64,000 nucleotides of DNA. Origin: Raillietiella orientalis. Lineage: Eukaryota. Within the stretch, counting starts at the first letter, position 1; each line of letters begins with the position of its first letter. The DNA lies in the NCBI GenBank assembly GCA_036172245.1, contig JAYWIR010000011.1:4030001-4094000 (forward strand). Direction: 5' to 3'. Under the pieces are notes generated by a model. It saw only the letters and a program-made list of their open reading frames with translations. It was not told the DNA's origin and ran no database searches. Of this stretch, positions 26,141-39,983 are shown piece by piece. Made by a program: the position numbers and the translations under genes.

Positions 26141-28399
26141 TTCGCGCGTGCACCATCTGGTGTGCTGCAGAGGAGCATCTCCCCATCCGTCCCGTCCTTC
26201 CGCTTTCGATGATTTGAACTGCTTCCCTTCCCCCTCCCCTCCCCTCCCCCCCATTCCCTTCCGTTGTTCTGATCCTTCAGCCAGTTTTTACTTTGGGTTT
26301 TTCGAATTTCTTCACGAGATCCCGTAGCAGACGTATTTCACATGGTCACTACGCGATGATCAAAGCTGAATTCGTTGCTAACAAGCAGAGCCATACTTCT
26401 TAAAGTGGTGGTCGGGTCGGGTTTCCTTCTTTTTTGTGTGTGTGTTTTTTAGCGCGTGTGTGTGTTCTAGAAAAAAGCTCTTGTTGTGGTTCGAATTCGG
26501 AGGGGGATCAAAACTGCGAGGCTGGAACCTGAACGAATCTTTTGCTACAAAGTCTTTTCAAGTGAAACCTCTTGTCGAACCAGGCAGGCTTCAGTGTCCG
26601 AACCACACGATCCGACCATGGTTATGGTGCGAAAAGAAGAATCTACACACCAGCAAGGTTTGCGAAGGAAGGAAAAGATCCGCCAGCTTCCCTTCACTTT
26701 CCGATGAAATCATCTTCCATTAAGTAGAAAAGGAAAAAACTCTTTCCTTCTTTCTCATGTTCTACCTGAGAAACAAGGGGGGTGGAAAAAATCAGCGGGA
26801 AAGGAGGCACGGTTTGTACCGTTCGAACGGAAGTTGAGAGCTCATGCGTAAACCACATGAGCTTTCTTTATGAGCAGCTAGCGATGGGATGATCCAGCAT
26901 CCACGGTTCGAACTTCCCAAAACTGCTGGCACGTGCGTAACGAAAAAGCGTGCGTTGTGTGTATGGCGCCTCTCTCTAAACGCAGAGAGGGGACAGAATT
27001 GCCTCGCACATGGCCGTTCTGAGTCACACAAATTCTACGGAACGAATCGTAAAGTCTCAGCGGCAAAGCGTGGAGCCGCTTCCGTGTGGATTTAAGGGTT
27101 TGGGCCGAAGCTCGTGAGAAATTCCCGAAAACGAGCGGCCGGCGGAAGCTCAAGCCTGTGTTTCCCACTACACCGACGAAGAAACATCGAATTCAACAAA
27201 ATTATGGATGCTTCTGGTATTGCACGTGTTTGCGATGGCTTGCAGATTCGAATACCCCCTACACGCTTTACTGAGATCATTTTCTCCGTAAAGTGTCCAT
27301 AAATGAAAGGCATAGTTCGATTTCCTGGCTTCTTCATGCTGTTTCTGTGAAACTTGCCTACTTCGCTCTTCATTCTAGTTTCAGAAAGTCCCAATAAGTC
27401 ATCTTCCGAAAATCAACAGTTTCACTTCAGATAGGTTCGTGCCATTTTGAAATGCATCGAACGAATTTACGTATAATTTCTAAACTTTTGGAGAAACGTG
27501 AAAACTTCGGAGGAGATCCACCAAAAGAAATGCTCTTAATGCCTTTAACCCAAGGGAAAACATCAGTTGGTGTTCATAAATTATAAGTAATAAACCAGAA
27601 AGTTCAATATTATTATTGTTTTGATGTTCTTCGGCAACCCTGATCTTAGGGCTTTCTTTTCCAAATAACACTGGTATTAATTCGGACACTATTCTATGGG
27701 TACTTAACATTAATAACAGCATTGATTCTATAGGATGATTGCATTGCTAATTATAAAAAAGATAACCACGATAAAATATTTGTAAAAAAATGCATTTTAT
27801 CTGCGATTAACAACATATTCTGAGTAGATAAATAGAGGCATTTATGGGTGTGCATGATCAGAAATTCCGACTCAATAGAAAAAAAAAAAACTGTGCTGCT
27901 TATCAAAATACGTTGAATTTCGTCAGGTTGTCCCCATTTGTGCTTCCAAAATAACATCAGGTCATCCTTGTTCATGTCGGATTATAAAATAGGAACTAAT
28001 GTTGGTTTATCCGTTCAGTTTTATATACTTCAATAGAAGAGTACCGCGAAGCTGCTGTTGTTGAAATTTCGACTTTAGTCTAAAATTGGATAAATTTAAA
28101 CATAAATGTGATGCCAACTGATTCTGAGGAATCGGAATCTCGATACTTCTTTACCTTTGGGCTGTTTACCGACGGTGGTCACGAATGCTGCTGAAGGCCC
28201 TGCATCTTGCGAAGAGAGGCGGTTCGAAGGCGCTTAGGAGGTCCCTGGAAATTACCGAGCGCAGAGAAACAAAATGGAGTTTTGCGAATAGTTTTAGAAG
28301 CAAGTAGAGTAACGAATGTGTTTCCGTCTTGTAGAATTCACCTGCATGCTATTGCAATCTGATTTGGAAGGGACGATACTGTGCGATGACGGAGTGGGG

Positions 28400-28650
28400 T
28401 GGGACAACGAATAATCGTATTCATTTCACAATAGCCAAAGTCTGCATGAATGAAGACCAATAAACTTGGAACACTACATAGGGAGTGCATTCAGAAGACT
28501 GGATCCTCGGAAGCTGAGGTTTCCCAACTGGCTTAAATCCACCAGCTTAAATGGGATCGTTTACCTTCCGCTTTCCGACATCTTGTAGCCTTTTAATATC
28601 CAGGCACACTGACAAGTCGAAGGAACTTCCTTTTCCACTTGAACACTTCT
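28400..28650 (-). mobile_element. Possible very old RT remnant
   Basis: Minus strand gives LSVCLDIK-(frameshift)-GY, resembling the RT 'xDxxKAYD' motif. No intact ORF. Confidence 0.2.
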
Positions 28651-30513
28651 GAGAAGATGTTTCTACAAATTCACATAACCTCCGCTCTGCATGGAGTAAT
28701 TTTTCAAGTAAATCAAATCCAGGTGTAACAGCTGCACAATTTATGTGCAGCTGTTACATTAAATTGAAGTGCGTAGATTACAGAAACTCTAGAAAACGAA
28801 TTGCGTGCCACATCCAAGAATGTTTTTCGAGGTCATCAATTTTTTTTTTTTTTTTGGCGAAAATGAGAGGCTTCTTTTGCGAAGTGCACTAAACAAAGGA
28901 ACACCTTGCCTATGAAAATTAGTTTCCACTCAAACTTTGGTGCTCTTGAAACTGAAGCGCGCATTTGTGCATGTTGCCAGAAGCAAACCAGCTCTTAATC
29001 GTTAAATGTAATATATATATATACATATATACACGTAACTTTGCACTTCAAGAGCAGGAACTTTATAACTTTTTATCTAACGGTTAGGGAGGGTGAATAG
29101 TTGTTATCTAGGAGGTAAAGGATGTGTAGGGAAAACTTTTTCCAGATCGTATTACGGCTCATGTTCTCTTGGGGATGTACGGTTTCATTTTTTCTTTTTT
29201 TGCTTTCACAATTTGCCTCGGAACTCCCACGCTGCATGTGCATTTTGCAATTGCTTTATTTGTAGCGAAAATGGAAATGGAGAGCACACGTAGTGGGAAT
29301 CTTAGGAAATACAAGGAATACTTTTTAAAAGTTTCCATTTGTTTCCACATGGCTTTCAACTTTCGAGCAGGCGGTTTTGTGGGTTTTATGTTTTTTTTTT
29401 GTTTTTTTTGTTTTTTTTTGGGGGGGGGGGGGGATCTTGCGAAGACTTGAATATTTTCCCAAGATGAAGCGAAGAAATGGAAAATGAGAGCATTCGAATA
29501 TTGCACTTGGATTCGGTTTGAGACCTTGCTTCTTTGGTTGGGTCAAATTATTCCTTGCACTTTCCACTTGATAAGCACTCTTTGGGGCATCGGCAGTTGG
29601 CCGTATTTTTGCATTTTGCAATCCACGCCGTTTGGCTTTAAGTAGGTGCAAGAGGGGACCTCGGAAAAGATTCCATTTCAGCTCCCATGTGAACGATTAC
29701 CCTTTTTTGCGAGTTTGAAAATTTCCGTATTACGAGCATGATAACCAAGATGGAAGACACCGAGTATGTGAATAAACTGTTGAGATAAATCACACTGGAA
29801 GAGCATTTATGGACCGACCTTGCTGTCTACTTAGTTGTTAGCTGACTAGCATTAATGTCTTTCTCTGCAATATAAAAGATGTTAGCCTCTTAGCGCCTTC
29901 TCCCCCCCCCCCCTCTCACTGGGAAAAATTCTGCACTCAAGTGTCAACATGCAATACGCCTTTTTTTTTAAATGTACTTTTTCGAGATGCCATAATTCGA
30001 AACTGTATACATGTTGGAGTTTTTGTAGATGGTGATGGCAGAAGAGTGCGTGATTGGGAAACCGAGTGATAGATGGCGGCACACCGTAAAAACCATAACC
30101 TATGTAACTTTTTTCTTACAAAAAAAAAATCATGCTGAATTACGTTACAAAGAAAGTACATCCTGGGTTCGTAGTAACAAACTTCAAATGATTTTTAACG
30201 ATACACATAAAGATCGAAAACAGCAAGACCATAAATGGCGGCCTCGCGTTATGTGCATATCAGACCAAGGAAGATTTGCTTTTCCGAAAGTGATTCGCTG
30301 GTTGTTTTCCAAAATGGAAAAGCCAGTATGCTGGAAACAAGAAACATCATGAGATTCAATGAAAACGTATCCACAAGGCTGTCGATAAAGCATCTATTTT
30401 TGAGAAAATAAATGCAAACACATTTGTAATATAAGCTGAAAATAGCTCTTGACAAGACTTTTAATTACATTTCATTGGAAAAGTAGGATACATACAAAAC
30501 ACTAAATATGCTA

Positions 30514-33500
30514 TTAAGAAATATCTGGATTCGATGGTGGAACCAATTCATATTTTAGAGAAGTTCCACTGTTTTCCCTAAGTTCTTCCAGAACTTTTGA
30601 AACAAAAAATTTTCTGGATACCACAAGATAACGTTGTCCATTTCTGTTATGGCTATGACTTTTGAGATCAGTGTATTTCCGGACAACACTAGAAGAAATG
30701 AAAATTACGTGCATTCACCCATGTTTTTGTGACATTTACTTATGAATAAGTTGGCGTTCCTCTTGTGAAAAATTTGGGGAAAAGCATAACTGATCTTGCT
30801 CTGGTTGGCAATTATATTTCTGGATAAGTAATTCAACCCGCTTAGTAAATTCTGTTTTATTTTCTTTTGTCGCCATTCCTAGTCCATTTCTTCCATGTCT
30901 CTGGCCAAGACTAAATTTAAAATACAATTTTTTAATTTCAAACTCCATGTGTATTACGTTATGGGTTCAATAATGCCTGATTCTTCCTTTCCCAAACCTC
31001 CTCCTTTCCACCCCATCAATGCCATCATATGTTTCACAATGTTATTGTTCTCAAACTGTGATTGATGAGAAGGTATGTCTGTCAAATTATCATGGCATAC
31101 ATCAGGAACAAGATTCTGAACACTGTTCTCTTTTACCTAAATCCAAAGATTTTGTAGTGAATACAGACTGTTTTCAAAACAATAATCTTGCATGTACTTT
31201 GAATACATAACGCTTGCCAATTAGAAACTTTATTACCTTAATGGTATAGTATTTGTTACGCAGAACAGCAAGAGCATTTTTAGCTGCTTCCCTTTTTGCT
31301 GTTTTCTTTGATAAACCAGTTCCAGTTGAGACCAGTCTATCATCAAGGAATACATCACACCTGAGGATAAACTGATTTAAAGTGGCACATGTAATGATGA
31401 AAACAGAAGGGTTCTGGTGCTGTATGGCACATTTATTTTTAACTGTAAAAACAAACCTCATTCCATTTGCATCCAGAAGAAATTGAAACCTGAGTATGAC
31501 TTTACACAACATGGTTGATAAATGTAGTGTGTTGATGGGCAAAAAATCATTTTTTTCAATCAACACGAAGTTATTCAAATGTGAATGTGCAGCATGATCA
31601 AGCTTCTCAAACCCAGTACTGTGTTCTGGCTGTGTCTCATTTTTTTTAATGCTACTGCAAGGTTGTGTATCTGAAAGTGTAGTATACTAAATGTAACTGC
31701 AAACCATTTGTTAATTTGATTAAATACATTTGTGATGATTATTTACTTATGAAAAAAAGTCCATGCTCAATTACACTATAAAGAAAACACAGCTTGTGTT
31801 GATGGTAACAAACTCTAAATAATTTTTAATTTCTGGTGATACATATAATAATTAAAAACATCAAGATCATGAAATCAAGAAAAATTTCTGTTCAGAAAAT
31901 GAATAAAGATTTGCTCCTTGTTTTGTAAAACAGAACAGCCAGTATGCTGGGAACAAGAAACACATCACGAGATTCAAAGAAAATTTATTCAAAAAGCTGT
32001 CAGTAAAAGCAAATTATTTACTTGGAAGTTTTACTATTAACCAGCACAAAGTGACAAAACGGAAATAATCTTTCAAACACAAGGTTGTTTGACAAAACTG
32101 CATAGGAATGAAGCAGTTAAACCAAACACTCACTTGCACAATTATTTGTGTTCATAGAAAGACAAAAATGTTTGAAAACTGATGCTTTTCTCTCACACAC
32201 TAACAGTTAAACTGGTCACAATTCACTGCATTGCTATTTCCATTCCATCTTATCAGAATAGCAAATACTATAGCTACCATATAATAGATGGCAAAAGTAT
32301 CTATATACACAGTAATCACAAAGATCTTATCATGAGTCTTCATAATTCCTTTACTGTTGCTTTTTTCCTAAAGGAACACAGTAAAGGAACTGCTCTATTT
32401 CTTTTTTTTTATAAGCATTTTATCTGTGTGAAAAAGTAATAGACTCTCTTCTTAAGTGAAATTCTTCAACACTCTAAATACTACCTGCAATTTTATATCA
32501 TATTCACTGACATTCCTGCAAATAGTACTTTTATCAGATTTTACTGAAATCACTTAAAGTTTCTGCTTTATTAAGACTGATTTCAACAAATATTTCTGGC
32601 CTTTGTCACAACATTTTGCACATTAAAACCACACAATAAACCATTTGAAAAATTTCTACCAAAAGAGGAATTGCTATTTGGAAATTATGCTACTTTAGTC
32701 CCAATTTCTGTAGTTGGGAAGACCAGTTCTTTCATTTATGAGATTATAATGATTTCTGTTCATACACAATTATGGCAGTGTAAACAGAAACAGTGATTAC
32801 CAGAGGATTACTTCTTTACACTTTCAAATGTTTGTCAAAGTGCAACTAGGAAATTACTTAGCAAAAATTTTTTCCTATATTGATACAAGAAGATTAATGA
32901 ATAAAGGGTGTCAAGATGGAGAATTCGAGAAATGCACATCTAATGTACTGAATCTACGATCCATTCGATTTGCATTATGATTTCAAGTACAATGCTGGTT
33001 ATTAACAGTCAAATAAGCACAAATGTTTACAGAACAAATGAAATACATTTTAAAATTCGGTAAAAAAATTGGTTCCAATATAAAGATGCGAACTAATCAT
33101 TCGTGTATTTAAATTCTTTCAGTTTTTTTACCATTTACAAAATTTTACTAGAATACTTGATTTGACTGCATAAAGATATTGTACTAAAAAGCAAATTGGT
33201 TTTTGATATTTTTTGAAAATTTGAACTTTCTCATTTATGCATAATTCTTATATTCATCCTCAAGTAATAAATTAGATGGAAATAATTTTGGGGGCCCTTA
33301 TTGTATAACAGATATTTATGACTTAGCGTTGTGATAAAAAATTAACATGCCCAAACATTTGCTCATTCATACACTAGTTGATTGACTGTTCTATTTAGAA
33401 TCAGAGAGTTACCTTGGTGTCCCTAGCTACAATGTACCAAATGATAACTGTTTTCAAAACTATGGTCAAGAATTACCTGAATATTTATCGATTGCTAAAT

Positions 33501-34253
33501 AATGAAAATTAACTGAACATTTACTACTATCTATATTGACCCAGTATTCTCTGCTGATTGTGCAAACCAAAGACACAACTACAATAAAATAACAATGAAT
33601 ACTTTCGGCACAAACTTACAAATACAATGCAATAATCGAATCAAAAACAAACAATACCATAACTGAATCACAATTCATAACTTTAACTTTGAGCTTCCAT
33701 CCTGACATCCATACGCATGCTACATGCTAAGATTGAACCTTTGTATTTTCTATTACAACATGTGCTTTACAATTGATTTACTGTCCAGAATTCTGAATTG
33801 ATGTGACTGGTCTCTTTACATACTTTTTAAAATAATAGTTGAATGAAGTTACGTGGAATAATTGTTGTCGAGATGTTCACTTACATAACGAAATGGAATG
33901 CATGGACTAATCAAAAACATATTGTACCTTTCAATGAACATGGAGAATGTTTTTCAGGAACATTCTGTTTGGTACAGAAATCTGCCTGAATTTCGCCTCT
34001 GTATTTTTCCATCAATTTCATTATGGGTTCTGAGTATCTAGGTTAGTTCCAAAAGTTTTCTTGGATCAAGGATATCCTACTTTACAAACCTGCATCCTAA
34101 CAGCTGAACGTTACAGAAAGTTTGGCACATACATAGGAGTTTCTCTTCTGACAGCATGTGCTTGTATTTAAAGAGAAATGTTTTTTTCAAATGCCATTGT
34201 TTTTCACTATCATGGGGCATTTTGTATTTGTTCACATCAAACATCATCTTCAT
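30514..34253 (-). CDS. NKRF: NF-kappa-B-repressing factor-like protein (XTBD + dsRBD + G-patch + R3H). Exons 34253-34090, 34037-33928, 31670-31457, 31360-31237, 31136-30958, 30910-30740, 30688-30514
   Basis: N-terminal XRN2-binding domain FDVNKYKMPHDSEKQWHLKKTFL...LLCMCQTFCNVQLLGCRY. dsRBD GTGLSKKTAKREAAKNAL. G-patch MMALMGWKGGGLGKEESGIIEPI. R3H FSQEERQLIH...KSHSH...RYLVVSRK. Splice phases are consistent. Confidence 0.9.
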
Positions 34254-35699
34254 AGGGTTGCTTTATTTATGTCTTCATATTTATTCTATATGTATGAAAG
34301 ATTCTTTTCCCAATTCAAGTTTTGTTATGCCAATGGGCACACAAATGTTCCCATGTGCACAAACCGGTCCCCTTGGAACTATTGATGAAGAACTGTGTGA
34401 TCCCAGCTGTGGAAACTGCGTCCATGGGGAAAAAGTGCTGCGAATCGATGATGATGATGACTTCTTAGCTCCCCAGCACGCACACCACCATCGTTTCGGA
34501 TGTTCGAGTGCAGTGATTTCGTTCGAATCATGAACGGAAAGTGGTTCCTAACTACCCCTTACCGAAATAAACTACTAATTACATAAAACTCGTAAGCAGG
34601 CATTAATGTTCTGGCAGAAGCAATGAAAGTTGGTTTTGAACTAAATCATAAACACAAAATTCATGGAAACGCCTCCGTGAGAACCTTCCTAAAAGTTTTT
34701 AGAAAGAGGTTATGACGATGATTACGATAATGGATTTGTGACTTGGCTGATTGCCTAACTTTACGTTAATTTCACGAAGTAATCGTGATCTAAAGATGCA
34801 TTTTTAGAAAATTAAAAATGACACGAGCACTCCTGTGCTTTCGCGATATCCGCAAGCGCGGTTGCGCGCAGTGATACCCGTTCGTTCCAGTTTTTTCACC
34901 AAAAAAGTTGCAACACGGGAAACTGAATACTATCCATTCCATAGACTTTATGTGGGTCCGTTACACGGATGAGAATCTCCCTGTTCGGAAACGTGGAAAA
35001 TAGAGTATCGGCTCTAGCGAGAGTGGTGTAGAAAAGAAAAGCATTTTCAGCTATTCGTCAACGGCGCAAAAATGGAGTAGAATAGGTTCGGTAGACATGC
35101 AAAGTGTAGGAAAGCATCTCAATAAGCTTCAGCCCTTTTGTGTGCATACACCCGCACAGAGTGCAAATTCCACATGATAGATCTTTTGCATCACAACTGG
35201 AATGTCCTGCCATGCAGCAAATACATGGAATTAACTACTACTATTACTACTACACTGAAAAATACCCTCTGAACCAAGTATCGCACAAGGAGAAACTGGT
35301 AGTTAATGGATGGAAAAGTGAAGGCATGAATCAATGTATGAGTTGCGTGGTACTTTCATTCTGTAAAGATCAGTGACGAAAGCCAATGAATTCAAGTCGA
35401 AAAAGGATTGTAGCAAGCTTTCAGACAAAATGGAAACGCAAAATGAAAGGTGATCGGTGGCACTGTAACCAACTACTAAGAAGAAGAATCAGGTCTATAA
35501 GGCAATTTCTATAAGCCAGGAAACACTTCCGTTCCTTCATAGTCCTGAAGATCTAATATCAAAAGGGACACCTCAGGAAAGAATACAATTAGACTCCATG
35601 CATTCTTTCTCAATGAATGCCCAAGGCAAATTGATTTTCTGGTTATCCATTTGTTTCTGAAGTGTTTCTCAAGTCCGAAAACACTTGCGAACTCTTTGT

Positions 35700-36900
35700 T
35701 TTTCCTACACTTTATCTGATTCCTGACCGATGCTGGCTGCAGATCAATCGTAATAAATAAGCGGTCCAGAAGTCATCAGAAACCACAAAAGATATGGCGA
35801 ACAGGCCCTCTGAGCAAGTCGTCAAATCCACTTCTTTACCAGCATCAGCTGACCGGTCGCGTACCCCAGAATGCAAATCAGCGCTCATGTCTTAGAATTC
35901 ATTCCGTGGATCATATGGACCACCACTGGACTCTCCTTTTAGCACCCATGAGCGTGTTCAGCATTCTCTGAGTCTTTTACTCTCGATGGAAAAGAACTAT
36001 CGGAATCTTCGAACAGCACATCTCAGAAGACAAACCTCAGTTGTCCATTCTTCTATGCTTTACGGCTTCCTCTATTTTCCTTAGGTCCGACAAGCGGTTG
36101 GGTGAATTTGTTATACACAAGCCATACACGAACACAATATTTACACATTCGCATCCGTATCGAAACATCATCATTCTCAGCACCCATGTAACACCTTTCC
36201 AGAGTCTTGTCGGTAGGCTTTGTTGGGCCACATCTTCAATCCTTTTCAAGATTTAGCAGCGCGTCCAGTCTGGGACTCGGCCGCAGCTCCTGATTCCGCT
36301 CTCCCTCTGAACGAGTCACTCTCAGGATGTCCATGGAAGGCGCTGCTTTCCTTGCATTCCTCATTTTTGGCCTTCTTATCACAGTGCTCATGGTAAAGGG
36401 AGCAATGTCCGTCCTCACCATGGGATAGTATCGGGAAAGCTGTTGTTCCTTTGAAACATTCCTTCCGTCCTTGTGCTGTCCTGCAATCTTGTCAGCGCCT
36501 TCAGTGCTGTCCGCTCTTGGGCGCAGCGCTCGGAGGTGAGCACGTAAAGCTGGGTTTCTTCGGACCCACACGCCGTGCAGAGCTCGTCTGGTATGCTACT
36601 AGTCCAGTTTGTTTTGTTATTTTTGCCTGAATATGGATTCATTGTTTGTGTTGAGCTTCTATCCACAGTCAGGATTCCTGCGTGGCAAAGCATGAGGATG
36701 TCGTCCTGAGCGGATCCAGCGGCAAGCCACTCCTCCAGACTGTGTTTCCAGTCGCTTGCGGGCCTGCTTTCCTGATCCCACAACGGCTGGTAACTGTGGC
36801 GAGGACGTCGTGGCTTCCGTCTGTTGGGAGGAATGAGTTTCCCAGAGATCCTTCTCTGCAATTTTTCATTTTTCCTCAGTTCGCGTGTCCTGCAGGTAAA
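35700..36900 (-). mobile_element. Decayed non-LTR retrotransposon fragments (ORF2 C-terminal Cys motif; possible endonuclease remnant)
   Basis: ILMLCHAGILT...ELCTACGSEETQLYVLTSERC parallels the LLxLHxGI...CxxC..ET..HLL.C tail of the other copies. LDRLFIT near 35760 resembles the APE 'RLDR' motif. Confidence 0.5.
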
Positions 36901-37119
36901 TCATCCAATGATTTTTACACAGTACTGGAAAGGTCGCATCTCGAGCTAGTTGCCACTGGAAGCGAACTGTTCGCATTGCCAAATAAAACCTCTGGTTTAT
37001 CCCTTTCAATGTATTCATGCGACGGAAAGGCAGCAAGGAGTCTCCAAGATCAGTTCTTCATTCCAAATTTCCTTCATTTTCTGCATTTTCTTCTTCACTC
37101 CGTATGATGGGAATCATTT

Positions 37120-38010
37120 GGGTTCTTTCTCTGTCTTCGCTGTTTTCTTTCCAACTTTTGTTGTTTTTTTTCGTTTTTTTTTTTTTTTGGTTCGCTGAGT
37201 ACGTCAGGAACCGTCGCGCCCCTGGCGGCGGCTCACGCAGCTCTTTGACATTGTTCCACGCCACCTGAGGGTGCGCGTAATTCTACAGGATGGGGGGTAC
37301 CTCTGGAGTGGACCGCCCTATGAATCCAGGAAGGCCTCATGGTCCGTTCCTCTCACGCCTGGGGAGGGATCCCCCGGAATGGAGACCACCTCCACCCTGG
37401 TTGTCACCGAAGGGGAACCCCGAAGGGAAGCTCCTTCCTTATTGTCTCTGGAGGGACTCCTGGAGGGGGTCCGCTTCAGGTTTTCTTCTCCGAAGGGAAC
37501 CCGGAAAGGATCCCCTATCGGGAGTTCCTTCTCCGGAGGGACCTCTCCGGGAAGGGAACCTCTCCTGTTTACTCCTTTGAAGAGAACCTCGAAGGGACGC
37601 TTCCCGATTTCTCTCTGAAGGGCAGCTCCCCGAAAGGAGCAGAGCGCTTCCCTGCACTCTCTGGACAGGTGGGACACACCTACTCCGTCCGAAAGACGCG
37701 GAGGGGTCCCCCACACTGGAAAGTCCGCTTTCCTTTGCACAACCGGAGGGGGAACTCCCCACTCCTTCATCTCTGGAAGGACCCGCAGGCAGACTCCGCA
37801 TTGTTCCGGTCCTCATGGGGGGTACATCCGGTTTTGAACGCTACCGGCGTCGCACCCGAATGAATGGAGGCCAACCAGCATCATCTCGCGGGTGGAACCC
37901 GAACCCACGACGCACCCCGATCTCTCGGCGCCGATTCATTTCGGAGTATTCGAACTCGCGACGCTTGGTGGTGCCACGCGCGGAGATCGTGACCACGTGA
38001 CCTCCGACGC
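37120..38010 (-). repeat. Dispersed GC-rich repeat (block G), copy C
   Basis: Reverse complement aligns along its length with 9863-10595 and 44098-44830. Confidence 0.85.
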
Positions 38011-38609
38011 GGGCTGTAGGTGCTATTTTTAGTTGGTGGATCTTCACCTGTGCCCGCTCCCTCTTCCAGGTAGGGTTGATGTCCATCCACTGTTCCCGTT
38101 TGCCAATTCTTTTGCTTTTATTAGTGGCACAGCACTTTCTGGCTTCCTGCGCTTCCTTTCCCCTTCCCTTCCTCCCGAATCCCGAGAACTCGTCTCCCTG
38201 TTGCGGCGGCAGCTTTCCTTCCCAGCACTTTTCCCTTCTTGGTTATATCCAGCTGCGTCGTCTCGGGCATGGAGGGAAAGCCCTACGTCTCGTTCTCGCC
38301 TGCTGGTATACCTCCTGCTGTTGCCTCTTCTCGTGGCCTCGAGGGTCTGCCGAAGCAACAAAGCTGCAGCTTCGTGCACGAAATGGCCGAAGTGCCCTCG
38401 CTGATCGGACCGGTGACCATAGCTCCCTAGGGCAGGCGCCGAGTCGTTGGCTGCCTTCGGCATCTTGTCAGCAGATCCTCGGGGAGCGTCGATGTTCTCC
38501 ATCCCCGGGATTAGTCGTCCATCTTTATTCGGGAGATGTCTGTCCCCAGGGAAGACCTTGCCCGTGTGCTTTCCAGATGCCACACATGCTCTTTTTTGTT
38601 TGGTCCTCC

Positions 38610-39000
38610 AAGTGCTGAAGAACCGTCTTTCACCTGGCGGGTAATGCAGCTTTTTGACTCTGACCACGCCACCCGAGGTTGCGTGCTGACTCTTCAAGTT
38701 AGGGGAGCACCTTGGGAGGAGATCGCCCGGTGAATCCAGTAAGAGTTCCGGAGGAAGGGTCCTTCCCTCTCGCGCTTGGAAGGGACCTCGAAGGGAACCC
38801 TCGTCCTGGTTATCTCTGGAGGTGATCCCGAAGGGAACCAACCACCTCTCTCTCATTCTCTCCGGAGACCCCCGGAATCTAGGGATCCGCCCCTAGATTC
38901 CTCCTCCTCCTAAGAGAACCCCTAAGAGACGCTTCCCGATTTCTCTGAAAGGCGCTCCCCGAAGGCAGCGGCCCGCTTCAGAGAAAAGAACCTAGAGGAT
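38610..39000 (-). repeat. Partial (3'-half) copy of block G
   Basis: Reverse complement contains GGGAAGCGTCTCTTAGGGGTTCTCTT, CTGGATTCA and GGCGTGG..GTCAAAAAGCTGC..CCGCCAGG..GACGGTTC, which match copies A, C and E. Confidence 0.7.
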
Positions 39001-39004
39001 TCCT

Positions 39005-39300
39005 ATCATCCTGGGCCACCAGACGTGCTGTTTGTTCGCTCCCAGCTAGTCGGTATCTGTGTGTGTGATGTTTCATTAGAGTTTCCATTGCAGTCAGTGC
39101 GCGAACTAGTTTCAGGAGTTGCCTTCCCGAACTGCAGAAGGAGCGGAACGGTGCAATCGCTCCCGCACCTGCTCATCGACTGCGGGGTACTCAATGCATT
39201 GTGGCGGACACTCGCTGTGTGTACTCAGCGAGTGAAGCGTTGTGGAGAACTCGGTGGTGGCAAAGGCAGCAATGCCTGAAACCATTACCTCGAATCAACA
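39005..39300 (+). mobile_element. Non-LTR ORF2 C-terminal zinc-knuckle fragment
   Basis: VSGVAFPNCRRSGTVQSLPHLLIDCGVLNALWRTLA is homologous to SPNCKRCGDVETFPHLLLDCGVLQGLWQRLA at 51.5 kb. Confidence 0.75.
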
Positions 39301-39429
39301 GGGGAGATGTCCACCTCTCCCGGACCAACGGAGGTGAGGGGCGGCGACCGCCCCCACGGAGCTGCTTCCCGCTCAAGGAAGCAATGGAGCGCCGTGGCTG
39401 CCGCCCCTTCAGCGGCATCCATAGCCGGA

Positions 39430-39950
39430 TAGTGAGCCTATCTGGAAGAGGGGTGTTTCTCCACACTTCCATGCAAGATCTTATTCTCCGGAGAGCACGC
39501 GCTCCTTTGCGAAGGAGATTCTCGGCCTCAACGTGGAAAATGATCTCCAGAGACTCCATTCAGAGCGGGAGGCAGTTCGTGGAGCTGACCTGCAAGGAGG
39601 AAGGTCTTGCTCAGTGGCTGCTGAAGATCCTTATCCCAATTATGGTTTGCAAGCTCCTTCCTTTTAGGGTGGACCGCTCTTTGCTCGTCCACCTAACTGG
39701 TATAACGCTCCGAATGAAGGAAGACGCCGTTCGGACCGAGTTGAGTAAATACGGTACTGTCCACTCGATGTGGGCTAAGCCCACCCTCTTCGAAAGCTTC
39801 GAGGGGGTCTTTAGTGGCGTAGATGCAGCGCACGTCACGGACCGCGCGGACAGTGGGCTTCCCCACAGACTGCAGGTCGGCAACGAGGTCATAGACCTAT
39901 GGTATGTGGGGAAACCCAAATACTGCGGGCACTGCTGCACCTCGGGTGTT
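39430..39950 (+). mobile_element. L1/Tx1-type ORF1 (gag-like) fragment: RRM-like region and start of a CCHC knuckle, truncated
   Basis: LLVHLTGITLRMKEDAVRTELSKYGTV...LPHRLQVGNEVIDLWYVGKPKYCGHC follows the Tx1-clade ORF1 pattern (LSxYGxV ... PxxLxV ... YxGxPxxCxxC). Confidence 0.75.
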
Positions 39951-39983
39951 TGCAGTGTCGACACAAGGGACATACCCATAGGG

